Assembly (NCBI GenBank): GCA_965213685.1
Contig: CBDBZY010000003.1
Span: 128,001 to 192,000 of the forward strand
Direction: 5' to 3'
Source: a bacterium
Lineage (GTDB): Bacteria; UBA8248
DNA: 64,000 nucleotides
Shown here: positions 19,808 through 30,096 of the stretch, in pieces
Layout of the letters: every line of letters begins with the position of its first letter
Position numbering within the stretch: position 1 is the stretch's first letter
Program-made: the position numbers and the translations under genes
The notes under the pieces: generated by a model
Told to the model about the DNA's origin: nothing
Databases searched by the model: none
The model's input: only the letters and a program-made list of their open reading frames with translations

Positions 19808-21022
19808 AGGCTCCTCCGCCCGGCCCCCTTGCGGGCTCGCCACGGCCTCCTGCCGCGCGTCGTCTCGCCCCCCCTCTCCCCCGCGTTTCATTGCAGCGCC
19901 GCTTATCCGGTCGTACAACGCAAAAATCTGTCGCACGACGATGGTGTCGGAAAATTCTGTTTCCACGATTTGCCGTCCAGCCTCGCCCATTTTTCGCCTG
20001 ATCCCGGCGTCCTGGGCCAGCGTCCCGATGGCGTCGGCCAGGCGTTCGGGATCCCTCGGGGGAACGCAAAGTCCATTTGTCCCGTCCCGGACGACCTCCC
20101 GGCAGCCGGGAGCGTCGGTGGCCACCAGCGGGCGCCCGCACGCCGCCGCCTCCAGCAGGCTTTTCGGGAGTCCTTCCCGATACGATGGCAAAACGGCGAT
20201 GTGGCAGCCTCGCCACACTTCCGGCATATCTTCCCTGTAGCCCCACCATTCGACCGCGCCGTCGCGGTGCCACTTCGAGAGCGTGCTCTCCGGGATGGAG
20301 CGCGGATTTTTGGGGTCTGGCTTGCCCGCTAGCGCCATGCGAACCTGCACGTTCCGCTTTTTCAAGAGGGCTGCCGCTTCCACGAATTCGTGGATCCCCT
20401 TGTCCGCCAGCATCCGGGAGGCGAGGACCGCCAGGGGCGCGCCCGGCGGCTCCGGCGAGGGCTGAAAGGCCCGGGTGTCAACGCCCGAGCCGCGAATCAT
20501 GGTCAGGCGGGGAGCGTGGGTGAGCGCGTTTTTCAGGAGCGTCTCTTTGTCGGCGCCATTCTGTGCGATGACCCAGGTGTTCTTCCGCATCTGAAAGCGC
20601 CGGAGCAAGGACACCACGATCCTTCTCCACAGGTTCAGCTTGAAAGAGCCGGAGGTGAACAGCGCGCCCAGCCCAACGTATGAATGCACGACGGCTGGCG
20701 TATGGGCCAGCCAGGCGGCGATGGCTCCGTGCAGGAGGCTCCGCACGCCGAAATGATGGGCGATTTGGGGACGATGCGCCCGATAGACGCGAACGATCCT
20801 GCAGAGAGCCTGCAATTCCCGAAACAGGCTGAAGCCCTCCCTGTAGGCGCCCAGGACAACGCACTCGAAACCCTCCGCCCGAATCCGATCCGCATATTCT
20901 CCGCCCATCATCACGCATACGCGGACGCGATAGCCCGCGTCCCTGGCGGCGACGGCGAGCGAATGCCTGTGGGTCAAAAAATGCCTGTCCTCCAGATCCA
21001 GCAACAGCAACGTTGTCCCCAT
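19772..21022 (-). CDS. glycosyltransferase family 4 (PglA-like)
   Basis: FLTHR, GLG, IRGSGVD, SRMLADKG and LPSYREGLPKSLLEAAACGRP. Confidence 0.9.
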   Translation of the reverse strand: MGTTLLLLDLEDRHFLTHRHSLAVAARDAGYRVRVCVMMGGEYADRIRAEGFECVVLGAYREGFSLFRELQALCRIVRVYRAHRPQIAHHFGVRSLLHGAIAAWLAHTPAVVHSYVGLGALFTSGSFKLNLWRRIVVSLLRRFQMRKNTWVIAQNGADKETLLKNALTHAPRLTMIRGSGVDTRAFQPSPEPPGAPLAVLASRMLADKGIHEFVEAAALLKKRNVQVRMALAGKPDPKNPRSIPESTLSKWHRDGAVEWWGYREDMPEVWRGCHIAVLPSYREGLPKSLLEAAACGRPLVATDAPGCREVVRDGTNGLCVPPRDPERLADAIGTLAQDAGIRRKMGEAGRQIVETEFSDTIVVRQIFALYDRISGAAMKRGGEGGRDDARQEAVASPQGGRAEEPLPLRRSRSGSR

Positions 21023-21023
21023 T

Positions 21024-22967
21024 TCATTTCCTCTGCGCGTCTTGCCATGATTGAAACATCAGGATACACCACAGGGCGGACTCCCAGTTTCCTTTGCCGG
21101 CCAGGTGATGCTCCCATATCCGGCGGATCGGTTTCGCCTGAAAAAAGCCCTCTCGCACGAGGCGCGACTCTTCGAGCAAGTCCTCCGCCCAGTCGCGGAG
21201 CGTTCCCCGCAGCCACACGCCAATCGGCATGTAAAACCCGCTTTTGGGTCTTTCGGTCAGGGAGGCGGGAACGTAGCGGGACAGCAATCGCTTCAAAATC
21301 CATTTTCCTTCCGATTTCCGCACCTTGTATCCCAACGGCAGGCCCCACGCGAACTCCACGACACGGTGGTCCAGATACGGCGCGCGCACCTCGAGGCCCA
21401 CGCCCATGCTCGCCCTGTCCACCTTGACCAGAAGGTCGTCGGGCAGATAGTCTCGCAGGTCGCGGTACATCATCTGCTCGGCGGAGTGGAGGCCGTCCGG
21501 CACCGGGTCGGGAGAAAGAGAACCTTCCAGGTGCCGGTCCTGGCGGACGCAGGTATCCGCCCAGTGCGTGCGGAGATTCTCGTATACTTCATCGAGACGC
21601 GACGTGCGGAGCAGGCGCCCCAGTTTCTGAATCTTCTCCTCGGACATCTCGAACCGGTAGCGCATGGGCAGCATGGGGGACAGCTTCTGATAGAAATTCG
21701 CGAGCGCCGGTCGCCAGGCCAGCAGTCCGCGGGCGGCGCATTTTCTCGACCACTCCGGCAGCCAGCGGCTCGCATTCCACATGGCGATCACCCGGTTATG
21801 GCGGTTGTAGCCGCCGAAGAGCTCATCCCCCCCGTCTCCCGAGAGGCTGACGGTCACATGCTCCCGCGCGAGGGCGGCCACGAGAGACGTGGGAATCTGG
21901 GAGGAATCCGCAAACGGCTCATCGTAGAGTTGCGGCAGGTGCGGAATGACCTGGAGCGCTTCTTTCGGGCTGACGTAGAGTTCCGAATGATCCGTCTGGA
22001 GATGGCGGGCGACCTCGGCCGCATGGCGCGCCTCGTTGTAGCCCGCCTCGTGGAATCCAATGGAGAACGTGCGCGCGGTGGCGCTGCTCTCCGCCTGCAT
22101 CAGCGCGACCAGGAGGGAGGAGTCGATTCCGCCGGAGAGAAACGCGCCGACCGGCACGTCCGCCCGCAGGCACTGGCGCACCGAGCGCCTCAACGCCTTG
22201 TCCAGTTGATCGATCGCCTCGTCGTCCGACGGCGCGCGTCGGTTGGGCAGAGCGTCCTGTATCACCTCCTGCGCGCACCAGTAGGCGGAAGGCTCCGGCA
22301 GATGGCCGGGCGCGTCAGAGGTGCGGAGGCGGAGGATGGCGCCGGGGGCCAGTTTCCGGATTCCCCGGTAGATCGAATGCGGGCAGGGCACGTAGCCGCG
22401 CTTCGTGTACCAAACCAGGGCGCGGGTCGAAATTTCTCCCTCCCAGTCGGGGTGCGCGCGCAAGGCTTTCAGCTCCGATCCAAAGAGAAAGCACTTGCCG
22501 CACCAACCGTAGTAGAGCGGTTTCTCGCCTATCCGGTCGCGCGCCAGGCACAGCGTTTTCTCCTGGCGATCCCACAGGGCGAAGGCGAACATCCCGACGA
22601 ATCGCCGAACCGCCGCCTCCAGCCCCCAGGCCTCCACGGCGGCGAGCATCACCTCCGTGTCCGAGCCTCCCCGGAACTGTGTCCCCCCGCCCGCCAGCTC
22701 CTCGCGCAGTTCGAGAAAATTATACACTTCTCCGTTGTAGGCGATGACGTATCGCCCGCTGTGCGAGATCATGGGCTGGTGGCCGTCCATGCTCAAATCG
22801 ATGATGGAGAGCCTCCGGTGCCCGATGGCGACTCCCGCAGCCTCATCGACCCAGCTTCCCGCATCGTCCGGCCCCCGGTGGCGGAGGCACTCCGCCATCC
22901 TCGAGACGACGCGCCGGGCGTCATCCATCTCCCGATGCGTGAAGAGGAATCCCGCGACTCCGCACAT
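21024..22967 (-). CDS. asnB: asparagine synthase (glutamine-hydrolysing) family amidotransferase, WbpS-like
   Basis: N-terminal MCGVAG (Ntn Cys), HRGPD, HRRLSIIDLS, NGEVYN, FLSGGIDSS, SGDGGDELFGGY and KVDRASM. Confidence 0.93.
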   Translation of the reverse strand: MCGVAGFLFTHREMDDARRVVSRMAECLRHRGPDDAGSWVDEAAGVAIGHRRLSIIDLSMDGHQPMISHSGRYVIAYNGEVYNFLELREELAGGGTQFRGGSDTEVMLAAVEAWGLEAAVRRFVGMFAFALWDRQEKTLCLARDRIGEKPLYYGWCGKCFLFGSELKALRAHPDWEGEISTRALVWYTKRGYVPCPHSIYRGIRKLAPGAILRLRTSDAPGHLPEPSAYWCAQEVIQDALPNRRAPSDDEAIDQLDKALRRSVRQCLRADVPVGAFLSGGIDSSLLVALMQAESSATARTFSIGFHEAGYNEARHAAEVARHLQTDHSELYVSPKEALQVIPHLPQLYDEPFADSSQIPTSLVAALAREHVTVSLSGDGGDELFGGYNRHNRVIAMWNASRWLPEWSRKCAARGLLAWRPALANFYQKLSPMLPMRYRFEMSEEKIQKLGRLLRTSRLDEVYENLRTHWADTCVRQDRHLEGSLSPDPVPDGLHSAEQMMYRDLRDYLPDDLLVKVDRASMGVGLEVRAPYLDHRVVEFAWGLPLGYKVRKSEGKWILKRLLSRYVPASLTERPKSGFYMPIGVWLRGTLRDWAEDLLEESRLVREGFFQAKPIRRIWEHHLAGKGNWESALWCILMFQSWQDAQRK

Positions 22968-23098
22968 GACGTCCTTCCGACTCCCGTTCGATGGGCGGAG
23001 TGTCCCGGCGGGCACATGCCGCCGCGTCCCGCGAAAGGCGGGGCGCATTCGTCCGTCCGCGCGCTTGCCGGACGGGAGGGATCTCCGGACGCCGCTCC

Positions 23099-23854
23099 TC
23101 AGATTTTGCGAAGCGCGACGCTGAAAGTCTCCGCCGCCCGCTCTTTTGCGAAAAGGTGGAAAGCACACAGCCAAACTCGCCAGAGAATGTGAAGGGGCGT
23201 GAAAAAGCGGAAATACTCGCTGGAATAATAGGCCCGTTTCTCCAGTACCGCGAACCCCTTCTCCCCCGCGATTTTCTCGAACTCCGCCAGGGTGCAACAG
23301 TCGTAATAGCTCGGAAAGCCGGCCTTCCCCTCCAGTTCGGGGTGGAGGAAATGCAGGATTTTCCGCTTCAGATTCTCGGGCATCATGAGGTTGATGCGCG
23401 CGTAGACCGCGTTCCGGGAGGGGGCGAAGAGCAACGCCCGGCCGCCCGTTTTCAGAACGCTCGCGACGCCGGCGAAGGCGGAGGGGGTGTCCGCCACGTG
23501 TTCGAGAAGTGCCTGGCAAATCGCCACGTCAGCGTCTCCGCGTCCGCAGTATTCCGTGATGTCGGCGCGAATCGCCTCATCATACGCCCCGAGCGGCGCG
23601 CGCATCAATTCCTCCTCGTCGATGTCGAGTCCCACGACCCGCAGCTTCCGCCGCGCCTTCTCCTCGGGCGAGAGGAAGGGGCGCTTCCCCCCGCCGACAT
23701 CATACACCAGCGCACCCTCGGGGATGTGGGACAGCGCGAACCGCTCCTGAAAATGCATGTTCCCGTCGATCCGAAATTTCTCGGGCAGCAGGTCATCGAA
23801 GCGTTGGGAAAGATATTTCTGGAAACCGATGAACCGGAACAGCAGAGCGCGCAT
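23099..23854 (-). CDS. class I SAM-dependent methyltransferase
   Basis: VYDVGGG motif I, GLDID, ADIT, and LLEHV...LKTGG. Confidence 0.85.
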   Translation of the reverse strand: MRALLFRFIGFQKYLSQRFDDLLPEKFRIDGNMHFQERFALSHIPEGALVYDVGGGKRPFLSPEEKARRKLRVVGLDIDEEELMRAPLGAYDEAIRADITEYCGRGDADVAICQALLEHVADTPSAFAGVASVLKTGGRALLFAPSRNAVYARINLMMPENLKRKILHFLHPELEGKAGFPSYYDCCTLAEFEKIAGEKGFAVLEKRAYYSSEYFRFFTPLHILWRVWLCAFHLFAKERAAETFSVALRKI

Positions 23855-24145
23855 GGATGCGGGTGTTCCTTCATCGTGGAGGAGGGGCGCATGGAGACGC
23901 GGGGCGCACAGATATGCTTCTGTTCTCGCTTTACTGTCCCCATTCTACCAGAGGAGCGCGGGCGGGTGAAGCGGAGGATGCGCGGCGAACCGCTACCGGG
24001 ACCGCTGCAAACGGCCTACCGGCCGGGGGAGGCGTCCATGCGCACTTCCCGCCCGCATTCCGCCGTCGGTCGCGGCTCGCGCGCCCGCCCCCTCCCTCTC
24101 TCCTTTCGCGCGCGCTCTCGTCCGCGCACCGCCCGGCAACGCTGC

Positions 24146-25030
24146 CTAGCCCAGCTTCTCCCGGAAAAAGCGAATCGTGCGCTTCCAGGCGAGTTCCGCC
24201 GCGGCCTTGTCGTAGCGCGGCGTGGTGTCGTTGTGAAAGCCGTGGTTGGCCTTCGGGTAGAAATGGGCGATGTATTCCTTGCCGTGTTTCCGGAGGGCGG
24301 CCTCATAGGCGGGCCACCCCTTGTTGATGCGCGGGTCGAATTCGCCGAAGTGGAGCAGCAGGGGGGCCTGTATCCGCGGAACGTCGGCGGCCCGGGGCTG
24401 GCGCCCGTAGAAGGGGACGGCCGCCGCCAGGTCGGGCTTGTGGACGGCCATGGCGTTCGAGACGCCGCCGCCATAGCAGAAGCCGACCACGCCGACCTTG
24501 CCGTTTCCGTTCGCGTCGGCCTTGAGATGATCGAAGGCGGACAGGAAATCCTGCAACAGTTTTCCTTTATCGAGCTTGCGCTGCATGACCCTGCCGTCCG
24601 CGTCGTTGCCGGGGTATCCGCCCAGCGGAGTGAGTCCGTCGGGCGCAAGGGCGGTGAAGCCCGCCACGGCCACGCGCCGGGCGACGTCGGCGATGTAGGG
24701 GTTCAGCCCCCTGTTCTCGTGCACGACGACCACGCCGCCGCGCTTCCCCCCGCCGGCGGGACGGACGAGATAGGCCTTGATGGCGCCATGGCCCCTGGGC
24801 GAGGGGTATTCAACGGTCGTGCCCTGGATGCGCGCGTCGTTCTCCTCGACCTGCCTGGCGAGGGCGTAGTCGGGCGAGAGCGCGTCTAGCAGGGCGGCGG
24901 CGGTGACGCCGCCGACGGCGAACCTCGCCGCCTTGTCGAGAAACTCCCTGCGCTCGATGACGCCGTGCACGTATTCATCAAACAGATGCAGCAACCCCTG
25001 ATCGAAATCGCTCGCTCGTTTGCGCTCCAT
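24146..25030 (-). CDS. dienelactone hydrolase family protein (YghX-like)
   Basis: [21 protein letters not shown] nucleophile and [12 protein letters not shown]. Confidence 0.92.
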   Translation of the reverse strand: MERKRASDFDQGLLHLFDEYVHGVIERREFLDKAARFAVGGVTAAALLDALSPDYALARQVEENDARIQGTTVEYPSPRGHGAIKAYLVRPAGGGKRGGVVVVHENRGLNPYIADVARRVAVAGFTALAPDGLTPLGGYPGNDADGRVMQRKLDKGKLLQDFLSAFDHLKADANGNGKVGVVGFCYGGGVSNAMAVHKPDLAAAVPFYGRQPRAADVPRIQAPLLLHFGEFDPRINKGWPAYEAALRKHGKEYIAHFYPKANHGFHNDTTPRYDKAAAELAWKRTIRFFREKLG

Positions 25031-25295
25031 CGGCCTCCCCTCCCGCGTGGAGAAAACGGGACGAAACCCTGCGTCCCGCGTGAAAAACCGGCGGCGGTGC
25101 TCAGCATGTTCGCAATCGCCCCGCAGATCAAGCCCCCTCCTCCATGCGGACATGCGGAACCGCGCAGGCGGAGGGGGCGGTCGATCGCAACATGGGGAGA
25201 GATATTGGGGGGAGTGGATGAGCCGCGACGGCGGGACGCGCCAGGGGAAAACGCAAAGCGCCGATGGCCTCCCGGCGCAGGCGGCGGAGAAGGCG

Positions 25296-26459
25296 CTATC
25301 CCCGGGCGGGGGCGAGCTTCTCCTTCAGCCAACGGAAGGATTCCGGTGCCCATTGCGCAAAGTGCCGGAAGGCGCAATGCCCGTCGTCCGGATAGATTCT
25401 CGCCTCCTTGCCCAGCACCGGCCCGTGCTCCAGCATATAGTAGATGTTCCCGATCGGGGCGAGGTGATCCTGCTTGCCGTTTATCATCAGGATCGGACAG
25501 ACGATTTTTTCCACCAGCCCCAGCTCGCTGAGCGCCCATCGGCGGAAGAGTTCTTCTTCTTTCTCGGCCGTGGTTTCCGGAAAGGAGGGGCCGTCCCCCG
25601 GCGCGCCGAAAACGTAGGCGGAGCGCTTGTTTCTGTTGTCCACGAAATTCGCCATCTCCGCCTCTGTCATGCGGTAGCCGAAATGATGGCCGGCGCTGGC
25701 GACGGCCGCCCGCACCTTCCCGGGACAGGAGCCGGCGAGCAGCATCACGGAATGGCCGCCCCTGCTGATGCCAAACGCGCCGATGCGCCCGGCGTCCACC
25801 TCGGGGCGGGCGGCCAGGTAGTCGACCGCCGCCTCCCAGGCGATGACGGAGCGCGGTTCGTAGGGGAAGGGGTTCTCGCCCGTGCCGGGCCCGTCCATCA
25901 CCAGCGTGGCCAGGCCGTGGGTCATGGCCATCTCGCCGGCCCACCCGCGATCCTCTTTGAACATGTCCCCGCCGCACATGACGAGCGCGGCGGGCGCGGG
26001 GTTTTCCGCACGCGCGCCGGCTGGCGCGCGAAAGTGGCAGGTGATGGACTTTCCCTCGCATTCCACCCCGACCGTCTCCAGCGGCGGGTCGAGAGATTCG
26101 CATGATTTCAGATACGCGCGGATGCAATCGCGGCTCGCCTGCTCCTTGAGCGGGGTGAGGGGGCGCGGAAAGCGGGCGATGCTGTAATAGGTTTTGGCCT
26201 GGAGGAATTTTTCCCGGGCGGCGGAAGCGTTCCCCGCACCGGCGAGGCGCTCCGCCTGTTTTTCGTAGCGTTTGCCGATCTCGCTCCAGACGGGCACCCA
26301 GAGGTCGTCGGTCGTTCCCCGGAGGGAGGCCACGGCTCTCCGGAGCTCCCCGACGTCTTCGACCATGTGGAGCCATCGCCGGTAGAATCCGCCGTGCTCC
26401 ACGGTGAACGGGTCTTCGCTGGGCGCGAACGGAAGATTCTCGATAGCGGAGTCGTTCAT
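25296..26459 (-). CDS. alpha/beta hydrolase (FrsA / 2,6-dihydroxypseudooxynicotine hydrolase-like)
   Basis: [21 protein letters not shown] nucleophile elbow, NGKQD and DDGHC. Confidence 0.8.
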   Translation of the reverse strand: MNDSAIENLPFAPSEDPFTVEHGGFYRRWLHMVEDVGELRRAVASLRGTTDDLWVPVWSEIGKRYEKQAERLAGAGNASAAREKFLQAKTYYSIARFPRPLTPLKEQASRDCIRAYLKSCESLDPPLETVGVECEGKSITCHFRAPAGARAENPAPAALVMCGGDMFKEDRGWAGEMAMTHGLATLVMDGPGTGENPFPYEPRSVIAWEAAVDYLAARPEVDAGRIGAFGISRGGHSVMLLAGSCPGKVRAAVASAGHHFGYRMTEAEMANFVDNRNKRSAYVFGAPGDGPSFPETTAEKEEELFRRWALSELGLVEKIVCPILMINGKQDHLAPIGNIYYMLEHGPVLGKEARIYPDDGHCAFRHFAQWAPESFRWLKEKLAPARG

Positions 26460-26511
26460 CGCGCGCTCTTCATCGGAAACGGGATTGGGCCGGAGGGGGC
26501 GCTGACGCTGA

Positions 26512-26952
26512 TCACGAACCTGCCGCAGCGTCGAGGTGCTCGTAGATTTCAACGATCATGCCGCCTTTGACGACGCCGTCGCTCAGGTGTCCCGCCAGGA
26601 CTTTTTCCGGCTCGCCCGGGCCGCCGCTGATGGCCATGTGCACGTGGACGTAGGGCTGCGGCTCCTCCCAGCGCACGTCGCCGAGGGCCGGGGGCGCCTC
26701 CGCAGGCCAGGTGATGTTTCCCAGGGCGACGAGCTCGCGCCAGCCCTCGAAGTGGAGGCGGTCGACGTCGTATCCCTCCATGCTCCGAAAGCCGGAGATC
26801 ATGTCGGTCTCCGAGAGTGCGCCGATGAGGAAGACCGACCCCGCCCGAATGTTCTTCTCCTTGACGAACGCGCTGAGGTTCCCATAAAAACTATCCCCGG
26901 CCTCCAGCGTGACGCGAAAGATGCGGCCCAGCTTTTTTTCTTCTGTTTTCAT
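26512..26952 (-). CDS. PPC/DUF296 domain protein
   Basis: IGAL, ELVALGNI, YVHVH and AGHL motifs. Confidence 0.8.
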   Translation of the reverse strand: MKTEEKKLGRIFRVTLEAGDSFYGNLSAFVKEKNIRAGSVFLIGALSETDMISGFRSMEGYDVDRLHFEGWRELVALGNITWPAEAPPALGDVRWEEPQPYVHVHMAISGGPGEPEKVLAGHLSDGVVKGGMIVEIYEHLDAAAGS

Positions 26953-26988
26953 CTGCGCTTCCTTCCCCCGTGATGGAGAGTGCGAACC

Positions 26989-27849
26989 CTAGCGCTCCGA
27001 GGCGACTTCGTCATACAAACGCTCCAGGCCCTCGCGGAAGGTGTCCTTCCTCTGCGCGAGCCAGTATGCGCCGAGCGAGGAGTCCGCGTGAAAGTATTTC
27101 AGGAATTTCGGCTCCGCGACGGCCTCCGCCTTCCCTTTGCCGGCGGCGACGGCGCCGGTCATGATGTCCATCATTCCGCCGAGGCGCTCCCGCAGCTCCG
27201 TGGCCACCTCCTTGCCGCATATCTCGCCGTGTCCCGGGACGATGGCGTCGACCTCCAGCCCCTCCACCCAGGCGAGCGCTTCTATCCACTCGCCCACGCG
27301 GGCGTCGCGCATGCCGGCGGAGGGGCCGTTGATGACGACGTCTCCGGCGAACAGAACGCCCTCCTCGGGCACGAGGACGGACGTGCACGCGGGGGAGTGG
27401 CCGCCCTTACGGTATATCTCGAACGTAAGCGGCGGCAGGTGCAGGGTGAGGCTGTCGCGGAAGCAAAACCGGGGGAGCGGGACCGCGGCGTTGGCGATTT
27501 CGTCCGCCTCCTCCGCATGCCCCTGATCCCGGAGGGTCTCCACGAATATCTCCTTGGAGAAGGCGTTTCCGCCCCGGGATATTTCCTCATAGACGTATCG
27601 GGGGGCGATGAAGTGCACATCCCCTTCGATGAACGACGCGCCCGTGGTATGATCGCCGTGGTAATCCGTGGCGATGAGATAGCGCGCGCCCAGAGGGCTG
27701 AGGCGGGAGACTTCCCTTTGCCATGCGCGCGAATCCGTCGGCCGCACCGGACAATCGAGGAGGAGGACGCCGCCATCCGTGACGGCGGCGCCCACGTTCG
27801 CCCAATCGTAGGCGGTCTCGGCATACAGGTGCTCGGACAAGCGGCGCAT
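26989..27849 (-). CDS. MBL-fold metallo-hydrolase (cyclase-like)
   Basis: ANVGA, TDYHGDH, GGHS, FAGD and VPGHG; start ATG 27849 after GGAGG. Confidence 0.82.
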   Translation of the reverse strand: MRRLSEHLYAETAYDWANVGAAVTDGGVLLLDCPVRPTDSRAWQREVSRLSPLGARYLIATDYHGDHTTGASFIEGDVHFIAPRYVYEEISRGGNAFSKEIFVETLRDQGHAEEADEIANAAVPLPRFCFRDSLTLHLPPLTFEIYRKGGHSPACTSVLVPEEGVLFAGDVVINGPSAGMRDARVGEWIEALAWVEGLEVDAIVPGHGEICGKEVATELRERLGGMMDIMTGAVAAGKGKAEAVAEPKFLKYFHADSSLGAYWLAQRKDTFREGLERLYDEVASER

Positions 27850-27960
27850 GCGGGAGCCTCCTCCTGTGGTTGGGCGCGCGCAATCGTTCCGGGAGGGTGA
27901 AAGAATACCCCCCGGCGGCGCGCCCTGGCAAGCCGCGAGCCGAGGGCGGGGGAGCGCGTT

Positions 27961-28776
27961 TTGGAACTCATACTCCTGGGCGTGGGCGCGCCGCCGCCGA
28001 CTCCCGAGAAAAGCGGTCCGTGCAACGCCATCGTCCAGGGAGGGAGGCTCTATCTGGTCGATGCCGCTCGCGGTGCCGCGACCCAGATAGTGCGGGCAGG
28101 CTTTCGCGTCCAGAGCGTGGATCACCTGTTTTTTACGCATTTCCATTCCGACCACTACACGGGCTTCGGCGAATTTTTCCTCTCCCGGTGGATCATGGGC
28201 GCCACGACGCCGCTGCGCGTCTATGGCCCGTCGCCCGTTCAGGAGATCGTGGAGCGCATGCTGCATTATTACGCGTACGACATCGACCTCCGCGTGAATG
28301 AGGGCAAGCCCGCGAACGGGACCGAAGTCGAGGCGTCCGTGCTTGCCCCCGGCGATTCGCTCGACGTGGACGGCGTCTCCATCCGCGTGGAGGCCGGCAC
28401 GCGCCACGGCAACGTGGATGCGATTCTCTCCTATTCCTTCGCGGCGGAGGACAGAAAAATCGTCATCGCGAGCGATGGCAGCCCTACGGAGAGGCTCGTC
28501 CCCTTCGCGCGGGGTGCGGACCTTCTGGTGATGCACCCCTGCATCCCGGAGTTGATCGATGAGGAATTCGGCGGATTCCGGGGCACGGCGAAAATCGTGG
28601 CGGCCCACCACGCCACGGCGGCGGAGGTCGGAAAAACGGCCGCGCGCGCCGGCGTCGCCAGGCTCGTCTTCTCCCATGTGGTTCCCCCCCTCGCGCCGAA
28701 TGAGAGGGTGCGCGAAGCGATAGCCCCGCATTTCGACGGCCCCATCGTCGCCGGCGAGGATTTGATGCGGCTTTGA
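27961..28776 (+). CDS. MBL-fold hydrolase, RNase Z/arylsulfatase-like
   Basis: LLGVGAP, THFHSDH, VYGP, ASD, HH...VGKTA and LVFSH. Confidence 0.82.
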   Translation: MELILLGVGAPPPTPEKSGPCNAIVQGGRLYLVDAARGAATQIVRAGFRVQSVDHLFFTHFHSDHYTGFGEFFLSRWIMGATTPLRVYGPSPVQEIVERMLHYYAYDIDLRVNEGKPANGTEVEASVLAPGDSLDVDGVSIRVEAGTRHGNVDAILSYSFAAEDRKIVIASDGSPTERLVPFARGADLLVMHPCIPELIDEEFGGFRGTAKIVAAHHATAAEVGKTAARAGVARLVFSHVVPPLAPNERVREAIAPHFDGPIVAGEDLMRL

Positions 28777-28975
28777 TTCCGCACCCTCATGCGAAGCCGG
28801 GGCGAGCGGGCGGACCCGGTGGCGGAGATCGGTGGATGGGGATTGGGTTTTCGTCCGCCGGATGCGCCGCAGGCCGCGTCTGTGGTATGCTTCCCTCATC
28901 CAGTTCGGAGGGAAATCCATCGTTGCCTGTCAGCGGAAGATTCTGCCCTTCCATTTTCCGAGAGGAGGAAACGGG

Positions 28976-29986
28976 ATGAGAAAGCTGTTTGGTTTTCTGG
29001 GTCTGGCTCTTGTTCTGGGTTTCACGCCCGTGGGTTTCGGCGCCATGGACGCGCAGGCGGCCAAGTTCCGCATCGGAATGCATCGCCAGACGTTCGGCTC
29101 CTTCACGGCGGTCGCCATGGGGATGGGCTATTTCGACGAGGAATTTGGAAAGGGCAACTGGTCGGTCAAGGTATTCGCGCAGGGCAAGCTCGTCATCGAG
29201 GCGCTGCTCTCCCGCAGTCTCGACGTGGGCCACGGCGCCACGCGGCCCTTTGTGGACGGCGTGGCGAAAAAAGCGGGCCTGACGATGATCTCCGTCAGCT
29301 CCTCCTGGTGCAAGTCCATCTCCATATGGGTGCCGCTCGACTCCCCGATCAAGACGGTGGCCGACCTCCGGGGCAAGACCATCGCCGAGAAGAAGGGCAC
29401 GTCCACCCACTTCGTTCTGGACAACGGCATCCTGCCCGCGTTCGGCATGAAGCCGCGCGACCTCAAGATCATGAACACCACGACGGCGGAGCGCCTCTCC
29501 GCCTATCGGGCGAAGGTGGTTTCCGCCATGGTCATCGGCGCGCCCACGTCGTTCCGCCTCACGGACAAGAAATGGGGCCGGCCCATCGTTGATTACTGCA
29601 AATACGACAACCCGCCGGCCATGATCTTCATCGAGCTGGCGAATCCCCGAACGCTGAAGAGCAACCCGGATGGGGTCGTCAAGTATCTGCGCGCCTACCT
29701 CAAATCCGCCCAGCTCTGGAAAAAGGACCCGGACAAGTTCGCCAAGGTCTACCACAAGTGGCTCATAGCCAAGGGACGCAAGGTCGATTACTCCATCGCC
29801 AGGCGCGCCATCAACGTGGTGCGGCCGCTCTACAAGATCACCCCGCGCATCATCAACGCGCTCAACGCGACGGCCAAGGTGCAGAAGGGCCGGGGCAAGA
29901 TTCGCCGCCTGCCGGATTTCGCGGGCGGCGAGGGCATCGCCGGCGAGGCGCTCAAGAAGGCGCTGGCCAGCATGAATATGAACTAG
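28976..29986 (+). CDS. ABC-type substrate-binding protein (SsuA/TauA/NMT1-like)
   Basis: Signal peptide ending AQA, GYFDEE, EALLSRSLDV and SPIKTVADLRGKTIA..KGTSTH. Confidence 0.8.
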   Translation: MRKLFGFLGLALVLGFTPVGFGAMDAQAAKFRIGMHRQTFGSFTAVAMGMGYFDEEFGKGNWSVKVFAQGKLVIEALLSRSLDVGHGATRPFVDGVAKKAGLTMISVSSSWCKSISIWVPLDSPIKTVADLRGKTIAEKKGTSTHFVLDNGILPAFGMKPRDLKIMNTTTAERLSAYRAKVVSAMVIGAPTSFRLTDKKWGRPIVDYCKYDNPPAMIFIELANPRTLKSNPDGVVKYLRAYLKSAQLWKKDPDKFAKVYHKWLIAKGRKVDYSIARRAINVVRPLYKITPRIINALNATAKVQKGRGKIRRLPDFAGGEGIAGEALKKALASMNMN

Positions 29987-30096
29987 GTCATTCGCGGCGG
30001 GGGGCTTGCTCCCCGGGCTGCGGAGGCGTTCTTTCGGGGGCCTCCGCAGCCTTTGTTGTTTGGTTCGGCGGAGCGAAATTCCACGGGGCGCGGCCG

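Noticed and set aside
26989-28920. Long N-terminal extensions in the ORF track (26989..28920, 21024..23519, 46185..48503, 55663..57678, 29758..31182)
   Set aside because: Family homology and RBS positions place the true starts downstream; the extensions overlap other genes.
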